From: Ginglymostoma cirratum
Lineage: Eukaryota
Reading direction: 5' to 3'
Length of the DNA: 64,000 bases
Assembly (NCBI GenBank): GCA_024137785.1
Contig: JAHRHZ010000087.1
Coordinates: forward strand, 10,795,415 to 10,859,414
Under the pieces are notes generated by a model that had not been told where the DNA came from, searched no databases, and saw nothing but the letters and a program-made list of their open reading frames with translations. Of the stretch, positions 1 through 12,584 are shown piece after piece (position 1 is the first letter of the stretch; each line of letters opens with the position of its first letter). The position numbers and the translations under genes were made by a program.

Positions 1-118
1 ATTTCAGAACCCTCTTCCCCTCCCCCATTTCTGATGAAGGGTTTCGGCCCGAAACGTCAAGTTTTCCTGCTCCTGTGATGCTGCTTGACCTGCTGTGTTC
101 ATCCAGCCCCATGCTTGC
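1..118 (+). mobile_element. Penelope-like element terminal repeat fragment carrying a minimal hammerhead ribozyme motif
   Basis: CTGATGA(31-37)-a-GGG tttcgg CCC-GAAA(51-54)-CGTC, followed by ttcctgctcctgtgatgctgc..ctgctgtgttc. The same family recurs at 2842, 13978, 22686 and 43802. Confidence 0.7.
28..61 (+). ncRNA. Minimal type I hammerhead ribozyme motif (putative)
   Basis: Intact CUGAUGA and GAAA cores, 3-bp helix II, palindromic ACGU helix III, GUC cleavage triplet at 56-58. Helix I is only about 3 bp (ttt/aag). Confidence 0.6.
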
Positions 119-2454
119 TAGTTACTGTGAAGGATTGGTGTGAAGTTCAACAAAGGCAAAGGGGCATTGTGTTGGCTATTCAATCGGGAATATATTGATA
201 CGCACTGAGCAAGGAATAGTGGAGCCAAGGAATATTGAGGTCTGAAGCCCAAAGAATCAGCAGGCTGGGAATTCAGGGTGAGGGAGTTGGCACTCGATAG
301 TGGCATGGCACTCACCTTTCCTGTCATGATGAGAACATTTAAACCTTTTAAATGCTGAATCTACGACTACAGGATCACGCTCCTGGTACTTGCCATCTCT
401 GAATTGCCACAACATGTGCTTGCTCTCAGAAATTGGACTATTCCTCCCTTTGCCAGCAATAATAATTTTACACAAGCCCTTAAAACCCCATGGCATTACT
501 TCCCATGATTGCCTTTGAGAAGCAGGTTTCTTTTTTCCCAGGGATGTGCCTCCTATGTTGAAACATCCTTGCCCCGTCCTACAAGTTGCAGATTGAATCC
601 ATTCTGGCTTCTGCAGGCCTTCCCTTTTTTTTCAACTTTGTAGAAATGTCAAGGCTTCCACAATCAGATGTGACTTCTGATTCTACGTGCCCCTCCGCCA
701 CCCCTACTCCTCTAATTTGTAAACAAACTGAAACAGGGCTGCTAATGCTGTGACTGGGTTAGCCATCCTTATAATATTGGGAATTGTAGGAGCCAGTTTG
801 CAAACAGCAGAGAATTCTTAGATAATGTACTTAGTGATGCCAGCAAGGGGAAAAAGTAGCCAAGATATCTGGAATGATCCCTTAATTTTGTTTTAAATAG
901 TTCGTGATTTTGACGTGATCTAACCTTATGCTATTTCCTCATAGTATGAACTTCTATAATGTTAACAAACTCCCTTTTGTTACAGTTTCTGTTTGGGTAT
1001 TATAGGACTCATTTGAACACAGCATCGAACCCACTCTTGTTTGGGGCCTGCCAAGTGCAATAATGCTGTTTTAGTGACGGAATACAGCTAACAGAACACC
1101 TAATGAAAAGTTGACTGGTTCCCAGCCCAACTAACTAAAATAGCTTTGGAATCAGATTTTGTCATTGATCAGTTAAAGTTTAAGTAATAGGGAGAGATGA
1201 TATTTCGAGATCATTCAGAGATATTTTAAGGTGAGATAATACACACAAATCAAACATGAACGTGAAATAAGACAAAATATAGGCCAAGGTACTTATGAGC
1301 AGTTTGAGTGCAGTAAGTGCAACAATTGTTTGTGATAGAATTCTAAGGAGAGGGAAGTAAACAAGGGCACAACTATTTGTTTTATATCATAACACCTCTG
1401 CTAACTCATCCCATAACAACATTGTTTGGAATCAAAATGTGATCTGGTATACAATTTGCCCATATGTCAGGAAATTGTAATGTGGCGAAGGAGAGGGATT
1501 GAGGTAAAGCGTGACAGAGGCAAAGTGAAAAGATATGTTGTTGGTGTAGATTTGACCCCTGTGGAAAGTAATCATTGTCAATGAGCCAAGTTAGTCTTTT
1601 TTTCCAGTTTATTCTTTAATCAGTCTGCCAGAAAGCTTTCTTTACACTGTTCTTTTACATGCACAGGAAGTAAACATTGCAGATAAAAGAGAGAATTAAT
1701 TAAGCTGTGCTATTTTCAAAATCCTATTTCCCGTTTAGAACGCTGGATAGGGTCACTGCAGCAGCTTGAAGAAGTCATTGATTATACATGCAACATATTC
1801 TATTAATCCAATGAGTTGAAGTGAAGTTGTATTTGCTGTTTTCAGATCATTTACGGAACGAGCATAACCACATTTCACGTGGTTTACCTCTGAATACTAA
1901 TTTGCTAAGGAAAATTGTCATAGTCAAAAAAAAAATGGATTTGGTCCTTTTCAAATAGGACTGACATTGTTTCACCCAGGCGCTGTTTAAAAATGATGGC
2001 ACTTAGCCATGCATTCCTGATTAGAGATGGGATGGAAGGGTGAAAAGAGGAACTATGCAAGGTCGATGAATGGCAGGAGGAGCAAGAGCTAAGCTCTGTG
2101 TGTGAGCAAAGACCGGTTGTCTGTTTATGGGCGCAAAGAAAGCAACTGAAACTAGGTTTGATTTGACTCCGGTCAACTGTTCAGGCCCTTCCCCTTTACA
2201 TTTTAATCCCATTTCAAATCAACCTGAGCTTTTATATTGCTGCTTGCTATTGTTGGGCTGCCATACTAAATGTTAAAGACCAAAGACACTGTTCCTTTGT
2301 TCATGATTATTTTTAATTGTTCTTTGGATGATTGTTTCAATGCTATCCAATACAATGGGAGCATAATTGAAATTAACTTGTGGGTTCTTCTCATCTTTAG
2401 GTTTAGATCAGTTAAGTCATTAATTTCTGTGTCTTCAGTCTTTCCTGTCTTTTT

Positions 2455-2576
2455 TTCCTTTCATTGCTAATGATTTTCTTTGCCCAATGTTTTTGCACGT
2501 TTCCTCTTTTTTTCAGATGATAATTCATCTACTTGCATGGAAATTATATTTATAAAGCTGCTGTAACAAATGATAT
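2455..2576. repeat. Copy A of a ~125 bp local duplication (copy B at 4709-4833)
   Basis: ttcctttcattgctaatgatttt...ttcagatga...ttcatctacttgcatggaaattatatttataaagctg...aatgatat aligns by eye with 4709-4833. Confidence 0.85.
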
Positions 2577-2841
2577 CTAACGCTTCCCTGATTATAATCC
2601 CTACGTGGTCAACTGAGCAATAGAATTCTTCTGGTGACTGTTACTACTGCTTTTGGTTGGTTAAACACAGCTATCCTTATGAGTACACTATGGGTTTAAC
2701 CAGCATCATAACTAAACATTTCCAGAGGTGAAAGTTTATTTAATTATATGAAAACAATTAGTGTATGGATGAAGATGAATAAACTAAATCATTTGAATAT
2801 GACAGTACACATGTCATATACACACCTCAATTAAAACTTGG

Positions 2842-3037
2842 AGATAGTAAGAACTGCCAATGCTGGAGTCAGAGATAATAGTGTGGAGCTGGAGGAACAC
2901 AGCAGGCCAGGCAGCATCAGAGGAGCAGGAAAGCTGACGTTTCGGGTCGCGAAGGGGTCCGGATCCGAAACATCAGCTTTCCTGCTCCTCTGATGCTACC
3001 TAGCCTGCTGTGTTCCTCCAGCTCCACACTGTGTTAC
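2842..3037 (-). mobile_element. Penelope-like terminal repeat inserted as a fold-back (inverted) pair
   Basis: Arms ~2878-2947 and ~2962-3031 are reverse complements. Flanked by a 14-bp TSD: caattaaaacttgg (2828-2841) / caattaaagcttgg (3038-3051). Confidence 0.8.
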
Positions 3038-3289
3038 CAATTAAAGCTTGGGTTGCCAATATGATATACCTGAACCTTTCAATTAAGCATCTGCTTATTT
3101 CATTTCTGTTGAGTATTTGACGTTTCTTCAGTTGTTTGAAGGAAGATGAAGATGGACTTTTCACAAAGATTGTAAACAGAAGCCTGCCCATGGAAGCCCA
3201 TCAAGCATGGAGTTATTGGTGGAAAGGTTGAGAACTGAGAATGCCAATATAAGCTGATGAGCAAAAGAAGCAATGGGGGGAAATCTTCT

Positions 3290-3500
3290 GTATGCACATG
3301 CTGTTATGATCTAGGTTGCACTACCTGGGTGTGTGGTGGAGGCAAATTTAATCATGATTTTCGAAAGAGAATTGAATTATTATCTGAGGGGATGGTTATA
3401 GGGCTACAAGGAAAAGGTGGGACTAGTTGAGTAGCTAGTCCAGAGATTCAACAAGAATTTGACCTGAGTACCCACCTTCATTATTGTAATCATTCTGTGA
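3290..3500 (+). mobile_element. Old CR1-type LINE 3' end fragment
   Basis: ctacctgggtgtgtggtggaggcaaatttaatcatgattttcgaaagagaattgaattattatctg resembles the CR1 ORF2 C-terminus (LP..VVEA....FKRELD) plus 3' UTR. Confidence 0.55.
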
Positions 3501-4708
3501 TTTGGTCCTGCACTTGTTTTCATCTATTCCTTGAGATGGATTAAATTCGGGCATGCATTAATGCAGCGGCACTGACCATGACTGCCTCGAAGCTAGTTAA
3601 AGTATTTAAACACAAAGGATACTTTGGGTTCTGTTGTGAAGTTTCTGATAATAATCAAAGGCTGCATTTATGAAAGGAGAGCCTAAAAATTCCGTGACAG
3701 AGGCACAGCTTTATAGCTGTCAAGTGGTTGCCACGGGCTCACTTTGGTAAGGGGTCTGGATGTGCTCATCTTACGGTGAAAGTACATCATATAACAAGTT
3801 GTTTTACGCTGCTCAGTAAGTGTGCATAGCGCCTTCCTGTTTGTCTATATCCTTTGCCAAATTGGTCTGCAAATATTATGTGCTGTGTTCAGTTTTTTTC
3901 AGCCATTTGACAGCCAAACCAATAGTAGTTGTAGGGACAGCTAGAGAATGCCACCCAAAAGTAAGTTGAATATTTTCAGTTTGATTTATTGTGAAAATAG
4001 GAGGAATAAAGGTGTTTCTTCCAGTTCTACCTTAGAACTGTGGCAACTGCAAGCCATCCTGATTGCTTTCCCATCTCTTCCCTCTAGTCTCTCCTGAGGT
4101 TCTCAGTTAATATCCATGCGGGCTGATCTTGCTACTCCCCTGGTACTATGTTAATGATCTTGATGGACCGGTTTGCGGTGATTCTGTCACTGGTCTCGTT
4201 AGTGTGTAGCATGTACTGCACTAGCATCACACTGCAGTTTGGACGTGATCCAATTTCTAAGCCAAGGAATCAATACCTCAGGAAAAAATTAACTTTTCAG
4301 TCCTTAGATATTACTGGATGGATCCTGATGTTTTGGAGGTAATTTTAGAATCTGAAACTATGCAATGAGATATCACCATTGTAAATGCACCTGTTTGTCC
4401 ATAACTCCCTTTTTAGCCATTTATTGTAAGTAGGGTAATCCCTTAACTAAATAGAGGGGGAGTATTTCAGACGAAAATGCGGCTTTTAATCTATAACATA
4501 ACTTCAGAAGCCCTCTCAAAATTGATGCATAGTAGTTTCAGTAAAATATCGTATGATCAATTTATTCTGTATAGCTACTCTCAATATTCAAGACTACAGC
4601 TCTCCATAACTCCTCTACAAGTGATGATTGCCATGACGGTCTCCCTGTTTTCAAAAGCTTCCAAGAAACCTTTCTCTTCAACTGTATCTTCCCCCACCCC
4701 CCCCACCA

Positions 4709-4833
4709 TTCCTTTCATTGCAAATGATTTTATTTGCTGCCCAGTGTTTTCACTTCTTCCCTCTTCAGATGATCTGATCATTCATCTGCTTGCATGGAAA
4801 TTATATTCATAAAGCTGTTATAAACAATGATAT
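4709..4833. repeat. Copy B of the ~125 bp local duplication
   Basis: ttcctttcattgcaaatgatttt...ttcagatgatctgatcattcatctgcttgcatggaaattatattcataaagctg...aatgatat. Confidence 0.85.
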
Positions 4834-7439
4834 TCATTACAGAAATGACCTTTCAGAATCACTCATGAGAACAATGATCATAATTCATCGTGGTATTTGG
4901 AGAATATGACTATCATTGATCTATCTGGAATGCCTGTTCCAAATATAGCTTGTGCTATCTTATCTTAAATTCTGTTAATTCTGCATAATTTTCCTTGCTC
5001 TTTTATTGACACTACTGTTTAATAAAGCTTCAAAGTATCTCATTATATCCATTTTAATGTTAATAGATTCCCATTGTATAACTTAATGTGTCTTCTAAAA
5101 TATCATGTATCATGTTACAAATTTTTCTTAAATCAGGTCTTCATACTAATGCTAAAGATTCTGATAATTTGTACTCCTTATCTGGGCCACATACATCAAA
5201 CTCTTGACAGGGAACCATTTTAATTGTGCGGCATGAAATCGTTGCGTACATCTGACAGCAAAATGTGTTTTCAGCCTAATTCTGAACAAAAGCTGGGTTT
5301 CAGCTTTCTTGGAAATTTATAGGGTAAGCCAACTGAAAGAAAACAAAGAATGTTGATGTCGTCTTGCTCTAATTTGTTACAGAGACAGCATTTCTAGTGG
5401 AATAATTCATGAAGAACTTTAGCATTTTCACAGCTGTTTGGTTTCCAAATATGCAGAATAAAATGGGAATAAAGGCATGAAAATGTGATGCAGAGGATCC
5501 CAAAATCTACCTTGATTATACTTCACTCAGTTGTTCTTTTTCAGAATCAGTGCCTTTTCATTAGGAAGTATACCTTTTGAAATGTTTTTTTTTAAGGGGT
5601 TATCGTCTATTCCAGGTTCTCTGTGATAAGTCATAACCACCATATAGACTTCTTGAGATCATCTTGACCTCTGACACTTTTCTAAATAGTCTGTGTGCTT
5701 TTGCATGCAGCAGAGGTTCTTTCATTCTCTGAAGCTTTGGTGCTTGCATTTTTGACAGCTTTCATTTATCAAAAGAAGCTCTTACAGATTTTTGTTATTC
5801 GTCTGAGAGTTTTTAGGTATGACACTTTTCAATCACTTACAGCTTTTCTAAAAGAAAATCCCTTTTATCACATTCATTGTAATGGATTATACAACAAAAC
5901 TGTGTGTGACAATCCTCATGTATGGAAGCAAAAATTTCTGTTAAAAAGATGTCTCATGAATGGAAAAAGGAGTGTGGAATGGTTCAGCATTGGTAAAGCA
6001 TGCTTATGCTTCAGGTGTGTGGCTCCCCAGAAAATAGACCAATATGAATGAATTACTATTGTATCCTGTGTTATTAGAAATGTAAACATATCAATTATTA
6101 GGATTGTGCAGTTACAAACAATGCCCAAAAGTAAATGATACTTATTGATAAGCTGAAAGAAATTCTGAGTTTTGCTTGGGTTGACATTTATTTTATTTCT
6201 TCACCTCGTACTATATATTTAAAATGGTTTCCCTTGCTCACCTCCCCAAGTTACTTGTTCCCATGGGACTGCTGAAGTGGTACTTTTGTGGTCCTTTACA
6301 AAGTTAAAGATCGAAACTGACCCTGCCCTATATTTAGATGGCTTGGAATGTCAGTGCACTCTGGCATTGGCTTTGGCTTTCTATCAATTCTGCCTCCTGC
6401 CTGGCTGCTATTAATTGGCAACAATTAAATTAATTTAAAAAGGCTAATATGCTAATGTCCTTTTTCCTTTACAAGCCAAGTGATTAGAATTCTCTGTGTG
6501 GTGCTAATTTTGCAGCTATCATTCTTCTCTTCTATGAGATATGTTCGTGTGGGAATCCTCAGCTGCGAGAATCTCATGTTTTGATTTGTTAATCGGGGTG
6601 TATTAAGCAAAATCCAGTTATCCAGTTGAGTCTGCTTATGGAATGTAACTGGTTTGAATAATCAACCTATGGTTCCTTTCATCTCTTTGCAATTGATCTC
6701 TTGCAGAGTACATATTGGAATTGGACTTCATATATGATGTTCTCGTAGATGTGCATTTTCTGTGCCACATCAACAATTCAGCTGTAATAAAGTGACCAGT
6801 TCCAGGACCTTTCCTTCCCCACTGAAGGTTTAAAAATACTGAAGGTAAGAAATGTATGGTGGAAAGCGGCACTTGTATCAAATCATGGTATTGTGTGACC
6901 AGAATAGCAAATAGATATAGCAAATGATAATTTAGGTTTCAGATGACACATAGTATATTGCCTGGCAGCAAATACAAGGTTGATTCCCTCAAAAACTGCT
7001 CTGTTAATTCTCTGTTGGGAATACTATATGAAAGATAAATATTTTTCCACAGAAAGTAAATGAAAATTAGGAAACACTCACCTGGCCTGTTCTAGCAAGT
7101 AAAATTATTGTGAAATACATGTAAGCTACTTGCCCAACCCCTACTTCCTTGCAGATGGCTTGTAGTCTAGAGAAACCTGAGGATTGCACAAGAATCACAG
7201 GAAGTTCCTATACAAATGTTAGGGTTGATTTTGTTCATATATTTTATCCTTTTCATTCTTCCTGTAAAATCAGATATTTTTAAAAATTCTATGTACAATT
7301 AGGCTAAAAGAAACAAACCCAAGCACTGAGATTTACTTACAGATGAAACAATTGAAAAATGTGGAATTCCTGCTGCACTTGTTTAGAATTTTTGTTAGCC
7401 TAAACTCTGTATAGTTTTAGTCTCCAGATTAAAAAATTA

Positions 7440-7800
7440 GTGAAGATCTGAAAAGGGTTTACAAAGATGATACAGGACCAGAAAGTTCAGGCTGGCATTC
7501 TTTCCTTTGCAAAGAAGGCTGACAGCGAATTGATAAAGGTCTTTTACCTTATCAAACCATTTCATTCTCTGAAATATAAACATCTTCCTACTAGAGGGGA
7601 GAGAGTGAGAGAGAGAGACAGAGGAAATGTAGAGAATACAAATGCAAGACAGTCGCCTAGTAAATCCAAAGGGACGTACAGGAGAAATTTCTTTATCTAA
7701 AGAGTGATGAGAAACTATATGTGAATTGGACTATCAAGGAGTATTGGAGCATTTGGTAGAGAGACCTTTTTAAGTGGAACCTAGAAAAGCATGAGGGATA
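7440..7800 (+). mobile_element. Highly decayed CR1 LINE ORF2 3' fragment
   Basis: aaaagggtttacaaagatgatacaggac (RFTKMI), aggagaaatttctttatctaaagagtgatgaga (RRNFF.QRV) motifs. Confidence 0.5.
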
Positions 7801-7811
7801 AAAGAATAATA

Positions 7812-8117
7812 GAGGCAGCACAGTGGCTCAGTAATTAGCACTGCTGCTTCACAATGCCAGGGACCCGGGTTCCACCCTTGGGCAACTGTCTGTGTAGAGT
7901 TTGCACATTCTCCCTGTGTCTGCACGGGTTTCCTCCCACAGTCCAAAGATGTGCAGGCTAGGTTATTGGCCATGCTAAATAGCCCATAGTGTTCAGGGAT
8001 GTGTGGATTAAGTGGGTTATAGGGGGTGGGTCTAGGTGGGATGCTCTGTGGGTCGGTATGGACATGTTGGGCCGAAGGGCCTGTTTCCACACTAGGAATT
8101 CTAGGACTTCTATGATT
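7812..8117 (+). mobile_element. HE1-type V-SINE (tRNA-derived head, V-core, CR1-like tail)
   Basis: Head ggcagcacagtggctcagtaattagcactgctgcttcac, core tgtgtagagtttgcacattctccctgtgtctgc..ttcctcccacagtccaaagatgtgcagg, tail gggccgaagggcctgtttcc..ttctatgatt. Confidence 0.9.
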
Positions 8118-8189
8118 TATATATGTCAAGAAGGTAGGTTAGAGATGGGCAGGGACTCATTGCTTTTTTTCTGGCGTTTAAACATTCTT

Positions 8190-8325
8190 AAGGAATTCTT
8201 CTTTCAGGGAATTGAGGAATATGTGGAACAGGCAGGAGTTCAGGCAGAGGATCAGACCCAAATGTATTGAATGGCAGAGCAGAGCTGAATGATCTCTGCC
8301 CACTTCTGTTTCTTACGTTCTTGTT
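8190..8325 (+). mobile_element. CR1-type 3' UTR fragment
   Basis: ggaattgaggaatatgtggaacaggcagga..gatcagacc..tattgaatggcagagcag..tcttacgttctt, a typical CR1 tail. Confidence 0.5.
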
Positions 8326-8413
8326 TAGAGTAGGTGAATTCCTAGTTTGAGAAATAACATAGTCACATTTGGAGTAAACCTTTGGGAGTGCTTTTCTTCC
8401 TCTTTCTCGTCAG

Positions 8414-8450
8414 GCTGTTCACGATGGCAGCAATAATTTGACACCTGGAG
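8414..8450 (+). other. Candidate 37-nt exon (AVHDGSNNLTPG), gene unidentified
   Basis: Strong polypyrimidine acceptor cttttcttcctctttctcgtcag and donor GAG|gtaagg. Only one frame is open. Confidence 0.3.
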
Positions 8451-9142
8451 GTAAGGATACCAACTGACTGCAAGATTTTGAATCCTCCAGTCCAAATCTT
8501 TTTATAGGAAATCACCAGTGTTGTTAACAAAATCTTCAATTTAGATGAAGGCAGTCGTTCAGTCACCAATTCTGAAGCTGTTTCAACTGGTGAATTCTGT
8601 ATTCCTGTGTCATTGAGACAGGGAAGATGAAAGGATAGATAGCAATGAGATTCATCTACAAGCATACTATGATCGTGGACCTTGCTTTAATTTTTCCACA
8701 ACAACAACCACCATAATAATCTGTACTCAGTCTACTTAGGCTCACTAATGAAGTAATATTTGAGATATGCAGTAAATGGCAAGCTGACCAGTGGCAGTCA
8801 ATATGCAGTTGTCGTCATCTTCTCTATTACGTACTCACTCTGACCTACCACAAGGTAAATCTGCAATGCCCTGATTTGTGAGCAGGCTACTGATGTTTTA
8901 TTCATAGGACGAACACTTGCCCTGTTGGGAAAAACGTAGCAGAATGAAAGGGCACTGCAATCATTCAGGGTGACAGGATCCACAAGGTTGTAGAAGCCAT
9001 CAGCCATTTCATTGATGTTATGAATTATAGAACTGTAAATGCTGCAGAGCATACTATTTGAGGCACTGAAGGCCAGAGTAGTAGCAGCAAGGAAGCCTAT
9101 GAAAATCAGTATAGCCTGGAAGAACTTGTGAAGAATCCAGAA

Positions 9143-9205
9143 CTGCAGGAAACAATACAGCCTGCAAATCTGCAGGAAACAATACAGCCTGCAGATCTTC
9201 AGGAA
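9143..9205. repeat. 27-bp tandem repeat, ~2.3 copies
   Basis: ctgcaggaaacaatacagcctgcaaat / ctgcaggaaacaatacagcctgcagat / cttcaggaa. Confidence 0.9.
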
Positions 9206-11642
9206 CAGATTGTCCTGAATGAACCTCACTCAGGAACAGTATTACCTAAGGTAGCAACTCTCCACCCAAAGGGCAGTGGACCCACTGGCACCATTAATGC
9301 CTCCAGTGCTGCATCCATCACATTGGATCCTCTAACTCCTTGATTCATGTTCTGTGAATTTCCACTACGGTAATCACTTTGTCCAGCTAATAAATTATCA
9401 ATGGCATCCAAGTGGCCAAGTGAAATCAGGATTCCATGTTAAAGGGACATCAGCATTAACTGGCAAAAGGCAAATCCAGGCATTATGCCAGGAAACAGCT
9501 TTCCAAAGAATGCTTAATGTCTGAAATTGTGTGTGCGCACACGTGTGTGTACTGCTGTTAGACACTGGAAGCAAAATGGCTCTTTTAAGAGTTAGTTAGA
9601 TTGTGATTCTCTATGAAAGTATATGTTAAATAGGCAGAATGACATTTTATTTATTTTTTTGTTGTTTGGGCAACTATAAACCACTAATAATTCTCCTCCC
9701 TTCATCCACCTGCCTCTTGAAGTCAGAGAACCTCGGATTTAAGTTTTTCGGCTCTGTAGCAGCATGTATGTGGAATAGCTATGTTCTGTAAAGGATTCTT
9801 CTCACTAATACTGCTGCAGATATGGCTGGAGTTTGAACGTACTCCAAAGTGGCCCTCAGATCTGTGTTACACACAATAAGGTCACCTAAATACAAAATCA
9901 GAATTTTCAGGTTATATTCTCATGCAACTAGAAGGTGTTTATGCTCAGCTTATTTTTAGTGCAGGACCTGAAATTTAACCCTCTGTAGACTTTCCAGCTC
10001 AGGAAGGATGTGCATTGGCAGTTTGACGTGCAAATTCTTATAGTATCGCCATCACTTTCTCACCATATTCTGCCACTTCCTGATTAAGTTCCTGCCTGTG
10101 GTGTTGTAGTGCTGGTTTGTGATGGCATTGGAAGCTTTGCCAGATTCTTGAGCATGCTTAAAAAGGTAGAAAAGAAACACCAGTTAAATACTCCTTCCAT
10201 TGTCAATTACATAGCAATACATTTTGTAGCATGATGCCACACTTAAGTGTTTGCCCCCGTGATAAAGAGTAAGTAAACCAGCGACTAGATGGATGAGATT
10301 TTATCCTTCCATGCTCAATTTTTGCTTATCTGATGCATCCGACTTTACAGCTTTACGTCTACAGCCCCACAATTAAGGTATCTATTCAAACCTGCTCAAT
10401 AACGTGTAGTTCCTGATTTAATTTGCCAACATGTTTTGGAGCAGAGAAATAGTTTTGGAAGTGTTGAGAGAAAATTCAGTCCAAGTTCAACAACTTAAAT
10501 CCAGACCAACTTCTAACTCTCCAACCTATCACCAGTAGCGATGAGTATCCCTTACACATGCAATGAGTACTCACTAACTGTAAACAGTTAACCTTCTTTA
10601 TTTATCCAATAAACAGAAACCTGTTGAAGCAGACCAACAAATCCCAGCAGATTGGACAGACTATCAGTGAAACACCATGGATGGGTAATTTGGTTTACGG
10701 GGTTAAGTTACAAAGTTGAAGATTTGCCCTAACTAGCCAGAATTGTACAGGACAGTAATTTGTTGCTATGTAAGCATTCAAGAATCTATAATATTGTCAG
10801 ACTGCTTTCATACAGACAGCATTCAAAGTTTAGTGAGGTATAAGATATATTTCATTAGTTTTTAAATTAAATTATTGGTGGGTAGCCTTGCCCTGGCTAA
10901 TTCCTTGTATTTAATGAATTATAAATTTGATGCCAATCTTTCTCGTGGACTGCTTTGATTTTTTTTTTTTTTTGTTTATTACTTCCAAAGTCACACTTTC
11001 AAAGTGAGTGCCCAGAGAAACCCACCTTACTATACAACACTACTCCTATTATCCCATCGGTGTGTGGGTTTTACTACTACTCATTATAATTAAAGACCTG
11101 GTTTTTTGCAAACCTTGAGGAATTTATAAATAAATGTGTACCTTTTTTTTAGAATGCTTCAGTTGCATGTAGCTGCTAGTTTCCTGTCACTGTCAGAATC
11201 ATCAAAAACAAATCAGCTCATCAAAGCTGCCTATTCAAACAGCTGTAAAAACCTGTACATCATTATTCTATTTGCAAACTATGAATTATCCTGGGAAAGA
11301 CCAAAAAAAGGGAAATCAAAAAACCTATGGCCAAGGCAAGAAAAACTCTGGAGAATTTATCTTCAACATCCTCAGGCAAGCGAGCAAGGCAAATCTTCCC
11401 AGTAGCTTGTAACTAATATAAGTAGAACAAGCCCAGAGAGATTCATTGATGTGCTACTCAAATGAGTGGAAAGTGCATCCTTTAACGTTTCAAGATCCTT
11501 GTGAAAAATCTAAGTTATTTATTTGAAATTAAATTCAGTGTCTTACTGTAATGTTCCAGCAAAAAATATTTGATATTTCCGATTTGAAACTCTATTAACA
11601 GATTAATGGCTATCTCACCCTGGATCCAAAATTTTGCGTTGT

Positions 11643-11960
11643 GAATTGAATTGAATAGGCTTTGTTGTCACATGTACTGAAATGAGAACAGTGAAAAGTT
11701 TATAAGTCACCACTTACAGCGCTGTCTTAAGTAAAGAATACCAAGGTACGGTCCTTAGTTACAGAATAGAGAAATGAAGAAGAGATGTTACGTTTGCAGC
11801 TATACACGGTAGAACCATTGATCAGAAAAACAAGAAGCAAAGTTAAAAAGGCCAGCATCACAGTCTCTCTCCCTGCAGCAGGCCACTGCAGGGCATTTCC
11901 AGGTGGTCTGACTGCTGACAGCCTCCACACTCTCCTCCAGGCCTCCTGGTCACCAACGTC
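11643..11960 (-). mobile_element. Probable retroelement 3' end (Rex/RTE-like tail)
   Basis: Short (gaatt)n tail followed by ttgttgtcacatgtact..acagtgaaaag, resembling the antisense 3' end of fish LINE/SINE families. Confidence 0.35.
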
Positions 11961-12049
11961 CCTGCTTCTGGCTGTCAGCATCTATTGTCTCACTAATCGT
12001 TCTGAATCCCAGATTTGGAAAACCATTTCTAATGTGACGCCCATAAATA

Positions 12050-12575
12050 TTACTTAAGCTGTTTGGCACACAAATAGTTTTGTTATGTAGCTTTACCAGG
12101 TTGACACCTTTTAGGCATTCCTGGTGCTGCTACTGGTATCCTCTCCTGCAGTATTATTATTATTAGTACTGGGGTTGATCCCCTGGTATGATGATAGTAG
12201 AGTGAAAGATATGCCAGGCCATGAAGTTACAGATTGTGTTGGAGAATCATTCTGCTGTTGCTAATAGCCCACAAGGCCTCTTGGGTGCCCAGCTTGAGTT
12301 GCTAGATTTGTTCAAAGGCTATACCATTTGAAACGCTGTGATAGTCAACACAGAACATGATTGAGGGTATTCTCAGTACGAGCACAGGACTTTGTCTCCA
12401 TGGACTGTGCAGTGTTCACTCTTACAGTTACTGTCATGGACAGGTGCATCTGTGTTAGGCAGTTTGGTAAGGGCGAGGTAAAGTACGTTTTTCTCGTTGG
12501 TTCCTTCAGCATCTGTTGCCAACTTAATCTAGCAGCAATCTCCTTTGACTTGACAAACTCAATCAATAGTGCTGA
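12050..12575 (-). mobile_element. Decayed LINE (CR1-group) fragment, same family as 47820-49415
   Basis: The reverse complement contains ctgaaggaaccaacgagaaaaacgtacttt, matching ctgagggaaccaacaagatggaaaaacatacttt at ~48463-48496. Confidence 0.65.
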
Positions 12576-12584
12576 TCTACTAGT

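Noticed and set aside
1934-1965. aatggatttggtccttttcaa resembles the loop and 3p arm of miR-133
   Set aside because: The match breaks down after ~12 nt and there is no complementary 5p arm to form a hairpin.
6328-6337. MEF2-like site ctatatttag
   Set aside because: Short AT-rich motif expected by chance; no supporting evidence.
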